This document shows, in pieces, positions 25,025 to 39,129 of a DNA stretch of 64,000 nt. The stretch's first letter is position 1. Each line of letters begins with the position of its first letter. The notes under the pieces were generated by a model, which saw nothing but the letters and a program-made list of their open reading frames with translations, had not been told where the DNA came from and made no database searches. Made by a program: the position numbers and the translations under genes. Location: the NCBI RefSeq assembly GCF_036971445.1, contig NC_091474.1:80228001-80292000 (forward strand). Reading direction: 5' to 3'. This DNA comes from Narcine bancroftii. Its lineage: Eukaryota.

Positions 25025-28000
25025 TTTGAGATGAACGTCAGTGTGAGCTGGGTGGGGGGTCACGAGGAATGTTTCCCAGAAAACTGCTGAAACATTGCTG
25101 CTTCTCTCAGTGCAAGTTTGGAGTACAACCTTAGAAGAGCTGGCTGGACATTGAGGGAAGGGGGTGCATATAGGTGGCTACTGGTGGAGATGCAGGGAGG
25201 GGGGTGGGGACGGGAATCAAGAGGCATGGGACGAGTGGAAATCAAGAAAGAATGTGCTCTGAAATGTCCTCGAGAACAGGAGGCAGAGAGGTGTGAGAAA
25301 TAAAGTAAAAGATAGCTCACCAAACTGTTGACAGAAGCATTTTTATATTTGAAATCCTTTGAAGGAATATTTTTGCAGACAGGAGACTTGAAGAATAGAG
25401 TAGTACTGTTGTCAAAGCTGTAACTCCATCCTCCAGTCTGAGTGCAGTCCTCTTCTTTCTGCTGCGATATTACTGGATCTTCACCAAAACGTTGACTTCC
25501 CTTCCACGGATGCTACCTGACCCAGTGAGATCCTCTGACACTTTGTTTCTTTTTGGCTTCAGATTGCAGTCTCATGTCTCCTGGTCTCTCAGCTCAACAT
25601 CACAGAGTTACCCTTATACAGCAATTTGTACGGAATTTGTCAGTTGATGTGGGCAGTGCCAAGGAATATGTATGCATAATTCTCATGGAAACTCCCTGAG
25701 CATGCTCTGATTGCCAGCTTAACCTCCCACACACACTAACATTATTTTGTGCTGAGATACATTTTATCAGAAACTATTTACATCAGATAGAACCTTTACC
25801 ACTGCTAGGATCAGGTTTCCTGCCTGCACTTCCTGCTCTAAGTGAATCAAAAAGAAAATTTGTGTAAAGTTGCTTTGGGTTAAATGCAACTTTAAAGGGG
25901 CTCTGACTTCAGAATTAGAATTTTTATCATGAACATGTCACAAAATTTGTTGTTTTACATGCAAACATTGATATGAACCACCTTACAAAATAAATAAAAA
26001 TAGTGTAAGGAAAAGTCAAAGTTAAATTAAGGCAGTGTCTGTGGTTCATTGTTCATTCAGTAATCTGATGGCAAAGGGGAAGAAATTGTCCTTGTGTTGC
26101 TGAGGGCTCGTTTTCAGGCACCTGGACCTTTTACTAGATGGTAGCAGAGTGAAGAGGACATGGCCTGGGTTGTTGGGGGTCTTTGAGGATAGAGGCTGCT
26201 TTCTTAAGACATCGCCTCATACACATGTCCTCAATGGAGTGAAGGTACCCAGGGCCCTTCTCATATCCAACTCATTGGAAAGATAAATGAAATACTTTAA
26301 CCAATGCCTAAAGAGGTATTGTCATTTTTTTGGGTATTATTGAGTATGGTGTTTGTGATCTTGCTGTGGATAAATTGGCCAGCACATGTTCTTCTTTAAA
26401 ACAGTGACTGCATATTCAAAGTGCTTCAATGGCTCAGAATTTCATTCATTTATCCAGCTGATGTTTAGCCAGTGATTGAGAAAACTTTTTAGTTCTGCCA
26501 CTTGCACGGGTCTCGAGGAATAATGATTTAAATAGGGATGCCAGCAGGATCTAGGGATCTTGCTTCAGCGTCATCCTGCTTCTCAGCAAACTCATGACAC
26601 CCGAGTTAAAAATCTAGCCTCACAATGTTTGCAATTGACTTCACTTTGTCACATTTTTGTCATGCTTTACCAGAGATGTTTGAAGCAAGGAGGAAACCAG
26701 GAGAACACAAACCAGTTCTCATTGAGGGGTCAGCAATGGAGAGGGTTAGGAACTTCAAATTCCTGGGTGTCAACATCTCTGAGCCTCCACGTTGATGCAA
26801 TCACGAAGAAGGCTCACCAGTGAGGAGTTTGAGGAGATTTGGTGTGTCACCAAAGACTGGTGTACCATTCAGAGTATTCTGGCTGGTTGCATCAATGTCT
26901 GGTTCAGAGGTGCCAAAGATCAGGAGAAGAAAACCTCCAGAGGGTTGTTAACTCAGCCTGCGGCATCACGGACAACTGTCTTCACTCCAACCTAAAGATC
27001 AACTCTCCATCATTCTCGTGTGGGTTTATGGTGTGGCTATTGATTTCAGATTTATTATCTGAGTACATACATGACATAACGTACAACCCCGAGATTCTTA
27101 TACCTGTGGGCGAGGCAGAATTACCACTTAATGGTCATGAAAATAAACTGCACAATGTAAACATGTACCGTAAATATTCTTGTAAAATGCAAAAAAATTT
27201 ATCCCCTTTTTCCCCTCAGCGATAGTCGGCAGCGCGACTTGGGCAGGTGAGTGGAGGGGGGGTCGCGTTAGTTGCATTATACATGAATATTTATGGTAAA
27301 CAAATAAAGAAATTTAAACAAACTAACTGTGCGATACAGAGGAAAAAAAATGAAGTGCACAATTAAGAGTCCTTAAATGAGTCCCTGATTGAGTTTGTCA
27401 TTGAGGAGTCTGATGGTGGAGGGGGAGCAGCTGTTCCTGAACCTGGTGGTGCGAGTCTTGTGACACCCACACCTCTTTCCTGATGGTAGCAGTGAGAACA
27501 AAGAGTGTGCTGGGTGATGTGGATCCTTGATGATTGCTGTTGCTCCCCGTAGGTGTTCTTGATGGTATACTCCAGCCTGAGACGTGCACTGCCTCTGTAG
27601 GCAGAGAATTGGCCTCTCCTCTGGCCTCTGTCCTCTGAGATATTACCTTTATTTTACTGGAACAGTGCAGATCAATAAAAATGAGACAAATATTATTATC
27701 TTGACAGAGATGTCCGCATCCTGTACATAAATTGTACACTGAGATCTTTTCTCCCTGTTTGAGAAATATAAGTGTTAACTCTGAGTGAAGGGCCAGCCCA
27801 GCTCTCATCACCATGAACACAAGACATTTGAATTTCATTCACTGCGACTCTGACCATGATGTCAGCTCCGCCTGCAGTCATGGGAAAGCAGAACAGGTTG
27901 CTGTCCTGCAAGGCTTCCAGAGAATGAGAAACTCAGAATGCATGGTTTCTTTTCCCAGTTCTTTCGGATTATGAGCAAAATCCTTGGACTTGAGGTTAAC

Positions 28001-28238
28001 AGATCATTCTATTCTTCATCTGTCATTGGTATCGTGTCATTTGAATCTGAATTAATTTAATAACTTGTCTAGTCATGCATGTGAGGGTCATTTGGTCTCT
28101 GGAATGTTTCTGATAAAATCAAGCATGGTTCCAAGGTAGTAATGATTGGATAAATGGCTGCCTTTGAACCATTAATCTCAGATGTATCTTTTCTATGAAT
28201 TAAGAGTTAAAATTGTGCTCTTTCATAATTATAATGAT

Positions 28239-28671
28239 NNNNNNNNNNNNNNNNNNNNNNNNNNNNNNNNNNNNNNNNNNNNNNNNNNNNNNNNNNNNNN
28301 NNNNNNNNNNNNNNNNNNNNNNNNNNNNNNNNNNNNNNNNNNNNNNNNNNNNNNNNNNNNNNNNNNNNNNNNNNNNNNNNNNNNNNNNNNNNNNNNNNNN
28401 NNNNNNNNNNNNNNNNNNNNNNNNNNNNNNNNNNNNNNNNNNNNNNNNNNNNNNNNNNNNNNNNNNNNNNNNNNNNNNNNNNNNNNNNNNNNNNNNNNNN
28501 NNNNNNNNNNNNNNNNNNNNNNNNNNNNNNNNNNNNNNNNNNNNNNNNNNNNNNNNNNNNNNNNNNNNNNNNNNNNNNNNNNNNNNNNNNNNNNNNNNNN
28601 NNNNNNNNNNNNNNNNNNNNNNNNNNNNNNNNNNNNNNNNNNNNNNNNNNNNNNNNNNNNNNNNNNNNNNN
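28239..28671. other. Assembly gap (433 N)
   Basis: Run of n characters. Confidence 1.
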
Positions 28672-30915
28672 TAACCTACTGACTTCCTGCAGTGACTTGC
28701 TCATTGCCTTCTCTTTCCCAGAAGGATCTACAGAAAAAACAAATGTGCCAAATACCCCACAATTAACAAAATGGTCCATTTACATCGGAACAGAGGCCTT
28801 ATCTTCAACCTCAGGTGGCCTTAATGTTCTTTATATGTAAAACAATTTTTAAATTAAGGTGACAACCCAATCCCCTTCCTGTCATGAAAATTTGAGGTTT
28901 TATTTACACGCACAGTGACTGCCTCTGATATTTCAGATACGATTTTCCCCTCAAGTTCAATCTTTTGTTTCTTTAATGAGTCCAGACACATCTTTTGCAT
29001 TATTCTATCATTTTTTTTTGTTCTTTAATCTCTTGCCTTGCAATTGAATGATTTCCTCACTTCTCCCTTTGCCCTTCCTCTGCAGTTGATGAAGTCGACT
29101 TTAATGAACACCCGTTGATCTTGTAATTTCTCCACAGATGCTGGCTGATCTGGTGAGTGATGTTATGTATTCAATTATTAAATATTTCTCTGCGAATGAC
29201 TGCCTCGCAGTAGGGCCACAAGGGAAACTATTGTATATCAAATGCACTTAGAGTATATCTGGCATCGAAGGAGATTGGTGATGTGGACAAGTGTATTTTC
29301 TGCTTGCTTGAGACTGACTCTTACACTAAGAGTATAAACAGTTTAAAAAATAAGACAAAATGCAAAACTGTACCCTAAACAAACTTTACTTGCATGAATA
29401 TATAAACCTTAACATTTTTTGAAAACATTTATCTGCTGCTCCATAGACAGGCTCTTCCCTCTCCTCGGAGCCGCCCGAAAGACGAACAATAACATGATAG
29501 ATAATTAACCCCCTCTTCCCCCAAGTTTACACATAAAGCCTGTGACCTGGGGTGACTCTTACTGAGAAGGGATAAGGAGACACCTTAAGAGAAGTATCAA
29601 CCAACTCTTCATCCTGGGTGATGCCATTGCTGTTTCACACAACTTTATTCAAAGAAATGTAAACAAACTGATTGTGCAATACAGAGAGGAAAAAAAACAA
29701 TAAATTGTAAAAGTAAGAGCTTTAACTGAGTCCCTGATTGAGCTTGTTGTTGAAGTTTGATGGTAGAGGGGTAACGGTTGTTCCTGATCCAGGTGGTGCA
29801 TGCTAGGAGAAATGAGTCCATGTGGATTATGCTGATGGTCTGGACAAAAGTTCTGCACTGAATAGGGATCTAGGGTCGGCCTTTATTAACTGATTCATTC
29901 ATGGCAGTGGTGTTACTAGAAATGATTGTATTTACTCCCTCTCCCTTATTGTCTCTTAAACTCAGAGACATGTTATGTAATTTCTCAGTGTCGACCATAT
30001 TGGTGGGCGTGGAGTCATGTGGCCACACTTCCCAGGACTCTAGGTTTCATTCTCTGAAAGACATGGTGGGTTGTCGAGACAAACTGATGGTTTTACGGTC
30101 ACAATGCTAAAGTTATTTCTGAACATACACTCACAATGCTACACCACCGACCAGCTAAGGATGATAGATATCGTTTGTAAACTCCAGGAAATTGACAATG
30201 ATCAGGTCATTTCATGAGCACTTTCTAATTCCAGAATGATTTAGTCAATTTATCAGTCTGCATTTTAAAATCTTATCCTATCGTGGTGGCTGGGGACATT
30301 AAATTAATTCATGAACAAATGGGGTAAAAAGTAAATATTTTAGGGAATGGTCTTAAAGTAAAGCAACTGGTGGATCCAATATCCATCTGGGCAGGACACT
30401 TGATTTCCCTGGCCAATCTAGGAATATATGACCCTTTCCTGCTTTCCTTTTCCCTTTTCAATACATTTCACCAAATTTGATTTATTGGCTCTGATAACAT
30501 CACTGTTTGTGGATGCTTTCTGGGTACAAAGTCATAGTTTCCAACACTGAAACTGTGGGTGCACAATAATTTGCCATTGTCTATGAAGGTGCAACAGAAC
30601 TAACTGCAAGCCTGCTTTCCATTTTCACGAGGTGTATTTTGAGAGCTCTCGCACAGGAATGGCAGTACTAATACTGCAAGCTAACTGCAGAGGGTGCTGC
30701 TGGGTTTGTCCAAGCTTTTGAGTGATTTTGGTGTATTTTCAATTTCTGAGATGAATGCAGTTTATTTAATCTGTTCGCTTTTGGCTGACGAATGAGTTTT
30801 TAAAAAATGATTTTAAAAAAATATTTACTTTAATAAAGTTTGATTAAATCCATCTAAAAGTTAAAAGGCTGTTGGGGAGCAAAGTAGTTATGATAAATTC
30901 TCAACCCATCACTGA

Positions 30916-30917
<2 letters not shown>

Positions 30918-30958
<41 letters not shown>
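30918..30958. repeat. (GT)n microsatellite
   Basis: About 20 perfect GT units followed by degenerate GT/AT sequence. Confidence 0.95.
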
Positions 30959-30959
<1 letters not shown>

Positions 30960-31714
30960 CTACATGTGTATATATGTGCGTTTTGTGTCATATGTGTGTG
31001 TAGGTGTATGTTCTGTGTGTATGTGTGTGTAGCTCACACTCGACTGGAGGGAGAACAAATGCTTTTATTAGCTTACAACACAGGTAGAGTTCACGAACAA
31101 GTTTCAGAGGGTTTCAGGGTTTAGGCGAGAAACCAAGGGGAAGAGCCAGTAGGCAGGACCAGTCATCAGTACAGCACACATCTAGTGTATGTATGTGTGT
31201 GCATGTTGTTTTTGTGTGTATATATTTCACTATTACATTATTAACTGTTTTGTGTTTTGTGTGATGAGAGTTATGGGAACAATAAGTGGACATCCTGTCT
31301 GTACTATTCCGTTTAACTTTCTATGATGTAATATCAAATTGCAGAGAAAATAATGAGATAATTTAGTGCGAGATTGCTGTTGGTGCACCAAGTTTTCAAT
31401 CTCCTTCCGCCCTTTGTTATTGCTACCCACCACTGTGGTATTGAAAGCAAATTCAGACCACCAGTTCCGGTAACATTCTGGTGAATCTTTCATTTCAGTA
31501 ATGTTCTTATCTCTCCAGAAGTCACCTCTTATTCTTCTAAATTTGAAAGAATAGAGGACTCGTCACAAAGTCTGTCTTCATAAAGTAGACCTGCAATCCC
31601 AGGTGCCAATCTGCTTAATCATCAGTGCTCGTCCCATCACAAGTATATAATTTTTAAAATTGGGACAAAGATATCACCAATAACAGTCTCGCACTAAATT
31701 TCACCAAAGCCAAG

Positions 31715-32630
31715 AGCTGATTATTGACTTCAGGAAGGGAAAAACAGAGAAAAACCAGATCCAGTGATCATTGGGGATTAGAGGTGGAGCAAATTTAAGT
31801 AATTCGGAGTCACTATCTTGCAGTTTTTTCCTGGACCCAACAAACATTGTGAAGAAAACACGTTAGCACCTCTACTTCCTCAGGAGGTTGCGGAGGATTG
31901 GTATGGCTCTGGAAACCTTGGCAGATTTCTACAGATGTGTGGTGGAAAGTGTGCTGACCGGCTGCATCATGGTCTGGTCTGGGGACACCAATACTCCTGA
32001 GTGAAAAGCCCTGGAATAGGTCATCGGAGAGCAGCAGCAATAATCAAGGATCCACACCACCCAGCAAACGCTGTATACTCACTGCTACCATGAAGAATAC
32101 CACCTGTCGTGATACGTCACTGTGTACTGTTACTTGGTTACTGGCACTGTATATATGTGTGGTCCATATGTATGGCTGGCCTGCCTTCCCTCAGGGACTC
32201 CACCCCCCTGGAATCCCCTAATAAAGGCAGTTACACCAAGCTCCTCCCTGGGATCAGGCCAGAACTGGAGCATGGTCCAAAGCCTATCGTCCTGCATCTC
32301 CAGGGTTTTAGTATTATTGATAGTGTATCACCCCCAGGTTTAGGAACAGCTGCTGCCCCTCCACCATCAGACTCGTCAACAACAAATTCAATCAAAAAAA
32401 TCAATTAAGTGCAAGAGTCCTGATGCATTTTTTTCTCTCTTTCTCTGTACTGTAGTCAGTTTGTTTACCTGCCTTTATTTGTTTACATGTACAGTAAATA
32501 CATTTTCTTAAGTAAAGTTTTTTGCACGATCAATAAATGGTAATTCTGCCTTGCCCACAGGAAAAAGAAACTCAGGTTGGACGCGATGTCATCTATGTAC
32601 TCTGACAATAAATCTGAACTTTGAACTTTA
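31715..32630 (+). mobile_element. Rex1/Babar-type LINE 3' fragment interrupted by a solo LTR
   Basis: LYFLRRLRRIG...RFLQMCGGKCADRLHHGLVW-type degenerate frames and a ctctgacaataaatctgaactttgaac tail. Confidence 0.75.
32105..32330 (+). mobile_element. Solo LTR
   Basis: TG...CA termini, 5-bp flanks ccacc and ccccc splitting the LINE sequence accacc|aggtt, and an internal aataaa. Confidence 0.65.
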
Positions 32631-33229
32631 GATTCCCCTACCTTGCCATAAAGACTGGCTCTTTATCAGCCTCTATTTGGTTCCTCCTCAGCTCCAATGA
32701 TCCTAGAAGAAAAGTCCCAGCCTATCCATCCTCTTCTTATAATTCAAATCCCCCCCCCCCCCTTGAGCCCCTCCAACATTCATTGTGACACTTTTTTTTG
32801 CACTCTTTCCAGGTTAATGATGCCTTGCCTGCAACCGGGTGACCGAAACTGCAAACAGTTCTCCAAGAGTGGCCCTGCCAATGTCCTGCACTGTTGCGTC
32901 ATGATCTTCCTGCTCCTCTACTCAGTGCCATGACCAATGAAGGCAAGTGTCCCAAACACCTACAATGCACCTTTACACCAGCACCTCCCCCACCAAGTCT
33001 CTTTGTTCTGCGACACTCACCATGGCCCTACTATTCACTGTGATAATCCTTCTTGGTGGTGCGTGGACACTTGTTTGGAAGGAGTTGATGTGGGAGTCTC
33101 CTGGGTGAGTTACTGCAGTGCATTATATAGCCTGTACACATTCCAACCACTGGAATTAACATGGAACATTACAGCTCGATGTGGGTGCTGACTTATATAT
33201 TCTGATCAAAAAAAAGAAACGGTTTCAGC

Positions 33230-33625
33230 CCCATAACTCTCTATTTTCCTTTCGTCCATGTGCCTGTCCAAGAATCTTTAAAATGTTCCTAATATTTCAG
33301 CCTCCACCTCCACCTCTGGCAAGGCATTCCAGGCACCCATAACACTCTGATTAAAAATCGTACTCCTGATGTCTCCCTTCACTTTGGACAGAATCCTCTG
33401 GTGTTTGCGACTTCCGCCCTGGGAAAAAGGTATCTATGCCTCTCAGACTTTTGTAGACCTCTATTAAGTCTCCTCTCATCCTTCTTCACTCCAGAGAGAA
33501 AAGCCAGCTCTGCTAATCTTCTCTCATAACACTTATTTTCCAATCCAAGCAACATTCTCATGAATCTCCTCTGTACCCTCTCCATAGCTTCCACAACCTT
33601 CCTATCATGAGGTGAGGAGAACTAC
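33230..33625 (-). mobile_element. CR1 LINE 3' fragment
   Basis: Translates to MERVQRRFMRMLLGLENKCYERRLAEL, typical of the CR1 ORF2 C-terminus. Confidence 0.85.
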
Positions 33626-34227
33626 ATGTTTATTGCGGTGGATGGGGTGCACATTAAGGGGTTGTCCTGAGGGTGAAGGGCTTCTTTCAGATAAGTATCC
33701 ACATTCAGACAAGTGGCAAATATGCCCTCACGCTCCTGGCATGCTTTGTAGATGGTAGAAAGACCTTGGGGAGTGAGGAACTGAGGTATTTTCCACTAAG
33801 CCCCGTCCTTCTTGCAGTTTCAAGTGACATTACGTGAGGTTAAGTTCCCTTCCAGAATAGTCGTGAGGTCTGGGCTCTGAGCAAGTGTCTCAGACCTGAA
33901 ACTTTAACTCTTTTTCTCTTTCTGCATGGGCTTTCTCGCCTGCTGGGTTTTTCCTTCATCTCCTGTCTCGGTAACATGGAGTGATCCCTGGGATGCGTGC
34001 ACGTGGAACTTGACCAGTCATGTGAGTGACAGAGCGGGCCAGGAGGGAACATCACACAGGGCATCGCTGTGAGTGACTTCCTCCAAAACCCCTGTGGTTC
34101 ATTGTTTGGGGAGGCTCCTTGATGAAATTGGCATGATTTGACCTTGAATATTGGCGATGAGGAGGTTATTGTGCTGAATGTTTCAGTACACAGCTGCTGT
34201 GGCAGCTCCAATTTTACAATTTATCTA

Positions 34228-34490
34228 ATTTAGACATACTGCACAGTAACAGGCCCTTCTGGCCCACAAACCCATGCTGCCCAATTACACCCAATTGATC
34301 TACAACCCCCGGTATGTTTTGAACAGTGGGAGGAAACTGAAGGCCCAGGAGAAAACCCACACAGACACGGGGAGAACGTACAAGCACGGGGAGAATGTAC
34401 AACCTCCTTACAGACAGTACGGGATTTGAACCCTCGTCGCTGGCGCTGCATCTGCATTGCGTTAACTGCTATGCTAACTATGCCACCCGT
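34228..34490 (-). mobile_element. HE1/V-SINE-like SINE
   Basis: Near full-length copy with a small internal tandem duplication (cacggggagaa(c/t)gtacaa twice). Confidence 0.8.
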
Positions 34491-34527
34491 TTGGACTTGA
34501 GTCTGTGTGGCCTCAGAGGCTGCAGAA

Positions 34528-34713
34528 TCACTGGAGGGGAACCCACGGACACTCAGTGAGTCTGTAGGGAACTCTCTTTTGCTTTGACTTTATGAGGTAC
34601 CTCAGATAATTCTGCCGATAGCGAAAATCTCTGTCTTTATGGCAGACGAAAGCAAATTCTGTGCAATATTGCACTGTTTTTATTACAGGACAATAAAGGA
34701 ATCTTGAATCTTG
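34528..34713 (+). mobile_element. Unclassified retroposon 3' end (three copies in the window)
   Basis: Ends in caataaaggaatcttgaatcttga. Reverse-complement relatives with agagaaagaRaagcaaa...ccagagtYacYgag lie at ~46240-46980 and ~58845-59170. Confidence 0.5.
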
Positions 34714-37700
34714 ATTTTTTTTTTCCCCAAACTCATCAGAGATCAGTTTTCTCTGGGGTCTTGTGGTCCTTACAGCCTTCAATATGATGCCATTAATTGC
34801 CTCTTCTCAGTGGGTTAGCCTCAGCTCTGTGGTTGTGTCCTGGAGTGACTGCCTTTTGTCTGCATGTTATTTTCCAGACTGCTAAATTAACTGTGCATTT
34901 CATTGCTGGGGCTGACAGGCTGGAATATAATTGAAATCAGGAGAGGGTTGGGGAGGAGAGGGTGGTTGGTGGGAGAGACAGATCACGTGCGGTGAGGCTT
35001 GTCTTCAGAGATTCCCTGCGGACTGTCGGTAATTCACACTGCTAGTCAAGAAGCTGGCTTCTGGTAAACAGCAGTGAGGGACCTCCCGGCAGATGCTGCA
35101 CCGAGGAGAGGGAATCTCTCTCTCTCTCTTTCTCTGTCTCTCTCTGTCTCCCTCCCTCTCTCTCTGCACGGCACCTGGAGTTAAAATGCAGGGTGGGTGG
35201 GGAATCTGAAGCAAGCTGGGTTCATCCAGCATTGGAGTGCTGTTGCAGGGAGCTGTTCAAAGGATGCACGAGCATCCATATGGATTTAGAGAGTGCCTGT
35301 GTTTTTGCTTCGATTCTCGTTAACCAAGAAAGCTGCTATTGTTCCTGACAAGTAGGTACTGTTATCAGTCCTTCATTCTGTTGTGAATCAGAAAATAAGC
35401 TTTATTTTACTTCTGTATCCTGTTAACCTTCTCATTACATCAGACCTATTGATTTGATCAAATTTACTTTCTGGATTGGTAGATTGTATTGCTGGGACAT
35501 GGCATATGTTTTGGACTGAAGTTTAAAGGAATGAGGGATGTTCATTGAAACATCACTGAGGTGGATGTTTCCTCCGTCCAGACCAAGAGGGGCGGCCAGT
35601 TATTTTAAACTGATATGTAGTGAAATTCTTCACTCAGGGGGTAATAAATCTTGGGACTTCACCCAGAGAGCTCATTAGATGTTTGTTCACAGCAGGGATC
35701 AAATATATTCTTGAACCCAAAGGAATCAATTACTCTGGTGATCAGAAAGCAAAGAGCTTTTATAAACTCAGTATTGCAGAATTAATGTTTTGGAACAGCA
35801 GGGGGGTCTTATACTTCGTGGCATCAGTAGCAGTAAATAATACCAGCATTAAAACTGAGGAAGTGGGTTCTTCACAGGAGATATTTTTGTTAGAAAAGAG
35901 CAATAAATTTAATTTCTCAGTGATTGTGCATTGATTCATAAAGTGATGTGGGTATTCTGGGTAAATTTGGCTCCCCACTTGCCTTTGGGCAAGGAGGTTG
36001 TGTTCCAGCTATGAGTCAAGCCCTGAGGCGCGAAGTGCAATACTGAGTCAGTGCTGCACTGTTGGTGGAGCGGGTAGCCCATGCCTGTTGTTTCAGTGAG
36101 CTGATCATCTGCACACGGGCACTCTTCTCAGAAAGATTTCTGAATAGTTTGCTTAACTTTCCTCTCAGCCAGCACCACAAATTAATCCTCAACTTTGGGT
36201 TAGTGCTGCATTGTTACATCCCGGGTTCATATTCGGCACTGTCTTTAAGGAGTTTGTACATTCTCCACGTGTCTGTTAACAACCACCAGAATTGTAATTA
36301 TATAGCAGTCTGTCAATGCCAAGGGAAAGATCTGTCTTGGTTCAAGGCTTGATTTCAGTAACAGACAACAAAACTGAATGAAAGCAAAATGACACAGGCT
36401 TGAAGAAGATTGCAATTACTTTCCAAGTCCCCTTCAAACATCCTAAAATGATATATAGCTCATACTAAAACATACGGGTGTTGTAGGTCAATTGGGTGTA
36501 ATTGGTCAGCATGGGCTCGTGGGCCAGAAGGGCCTGATACTGTGCTATGTGTCTAAATTTAAAAAAAAAATTGGATCTGCATATTATTCATATTCTTGTT
36601 GTGGATAATATGATCAGCCAAGTACCAATTGTATTACGTCAAATAATTAACTCAATGGGAAATGATGGGTGATAAAATTATGTATTACTTTCCAAATGCT
36701 TATATGAGAGAAAAAAATCAATAGAAAGTCAACTCAGGGAAAGAAGAAAATGTGTAGATGCTGGGATCTGTGATATATGTGATATATAACTTCCTCCAGC
36801 ATTTTGAGTACTGCTGAAAATGTGGGCAGCTTTTTATCAGATTTCTTAATGTGCCTCAAAGAAATCAGTGGATGGAGTCTGGCTTGAACTAAATGCATCT
36901 CTGACAATTTCTGCTCTGCTCTCTTATTGTGGTTGTTTGCTGGAGGGGACTGGTTAATGATAATGAGAGTTTATTGTCATATACACGAGTACAATTTACA
37001 GATGCCATGGGACTCTTGCTTGCTGCAGCGACATGGGTGTATAAAACACACTAGCAATCAAAAAGTAATAATTAACACAAAGCAACAAATGAGATAAATA
37101 TATAAAAGGATAGAGAAATATTCAGAGCGAATATGGGCCTGTGCTGGGTCTTTTCTCTTTCATCTCGATCCCCAAAAAGCATGGTTCCCTGTTGAGAGGA
37201 GTGCAACATGAAAATCCACAGACCCTGTGATTGTAATAAAAACACAGAAATGCTGGAGGAACTCAGCTGGTCCTGCAGCATCCATAGAACCATAGAACAT
37301 TACTGCACAGAAACAGGCTCTTTGGTCAATCCAGTCTATGCCGACCCATTTTTCTGTCTAGTCCCACTGGCCTGCCACCCAGTCCATAGCCCTCCGTACC
37401 CCTCCCATCCACGTGCCTGTCCAATTCTCCTTAAATGTTAAAAGTGAGCCCGCATTCACCACCTCAGCTGGCAGCTCGTTCCACACTCCCACAACTCTCT
37501 GTGTGAAGAAATTTCTCCTCATGTTCCCCCTTTCACCCTTAACCCATGTCCTCTGGTTTGTATCTCACCAACTCTCAGTAGAAAAAGCTTCAGTGAGGGA
37601 AGGTAGCAGAAGAGGAATGAAAGGGAGGGAGGACAGAGAAACAGAGTTGGGGTTGGAAATGGGGAGAAATGGAAGAGGAAAAGAATCAGAATTTATTGTT

Positions 37701-38257
37701 GTGACATGTCACAAATTACATTGTTTTTTGGCAGCATTTCAGGTGAAAAAATTGCTCTAAATTATATTTCTAAAAATAAATAAAGAATCTATATGAGTGG
37801 GAAACTGAGAGAAAGGAAGGGGAAATGATGGAGGGTATTCAGGTCTAAATTTGCCAAGTGGATGATTACAGGCCATGTGTGTGGAACTAACTTTCCTCTT
37901 TTGGGGCTCACAATGATGTGGCCATGATACCTCTAATTGACCCTAAGCTCCAAACAGGTATCATTCACGGAGATAACCACTCTCTGGGTCAGTTGCAGAT
38001 TTGTTGGCCCATGTTTCAAAGTGAGAGGATTGTGTAATTAAGCTGCTAAGTCAGAACCAGGGGGCAGCTCATTCACTGCACTGCCTTTACTAAAAACCTG
38101 TCATTCAGATACCTCTGACCTCTTGTTCAATTTGCAATGATTGATTCAAGTTTCATGTGCACCTTTATTCAGCAGTGCTATTACTCGTTAGAGTGATTTG
38201 AGTTCTATTTGGCGGCGAGTCATGGAACTGTACCAAGTTTACGTAGTTATAACAACG

Positions 38258-38510
38258 TCAGCAGCCTCCTTTGAAGAAGACCGCAGAGCCTACCTCACTG
38301 ACAAAAGGCAAAGGAGGAAAAACCCAACACCCAACGCCAACCAACCAATTTTCCCTTGCAACCGCTGCAATCGTGTCTGCCTGTCCCGCATCGGACTGGT
38401 CAGCCACAAACGAGCCTGCAGCTGACGTGGACTTTTTACCCCCTCCATAAATCTTCGTCCGCGAAGCCAAGCCAAAGAAGAAGAAGAAGAAGAAAGAAAA
38501 GAAAGAAGAA
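38258..38510 (+). mobile_element. RTE (BovB-like) LINE, 5'-truncated
   Basis: Encodes FEEDRRAYLTDKRQRRK...FPCNRCNRVCLSRIGLVSHKRAC* (C-terminal zinc knuckle), with a short 3' UTR and a (GAA)n tail. Confidence 0.85.
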
Positions 38511-39129
38511 TGTAGTCATATAAAGTTGAAATAAAACAGTGTATGGGAGGAATGGGGAAAATGCTGTATTGGTGAGATCTATCACCAAATCAAATATCTC
38601 CACTTTACCAATGCTTCACTAATTGTTAACCGCAGAATTACTTTACAGTACACACTCTTGACTGAAAAACTTATTTGTAGTTAATTGTCTTACATGGTTC
38701 CTTTCTTCTTGTGGTTGAAACATTAATTCATTTACACCTTTGCTGGCAAGGCTGACATTTCTTGTGATGGGAAGGTGTGGTGGACATCTTCACTAGAATG
38801 TGGCAGAGGTGTTTCCACAGCGTCGCATTAACAACCATGGCCTTACTTCTGAGACATGACTTGTGACTTGGAGAGAGACCAACCGGAATGGAACGCAGTT
38901 CCCATTCACCTGTTCCCTTTGTCCTTCCAGGTGGAACAGGTCATGGATTTAGAAGCTGCCATTGAAAAATTTCTTGTTTTTCAGAGGGAAATTTCAAATA
39001 TATTGAGGTTAAAGGGTAAAAGTTCAGCCTTGAATGGTGCAACAGGTGGCAGGGGCTCCATGGTCTCCTTCTGCTTCTGTTATAGAAGAGATGATTTTCC
39101 AAGTTTCTCAATGGCTATGATAGGCAGAG

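Noticed and set aside
28182-28779. ORFs full of X
   Set aside because: They are artefacts of the N gap.
29385-29600. Candidate first exon of the SMIM3-like gene
   Set aside because: Donor-like sites and a few CpG and GATA motifs exist, but nothing singles this out without transcript data.
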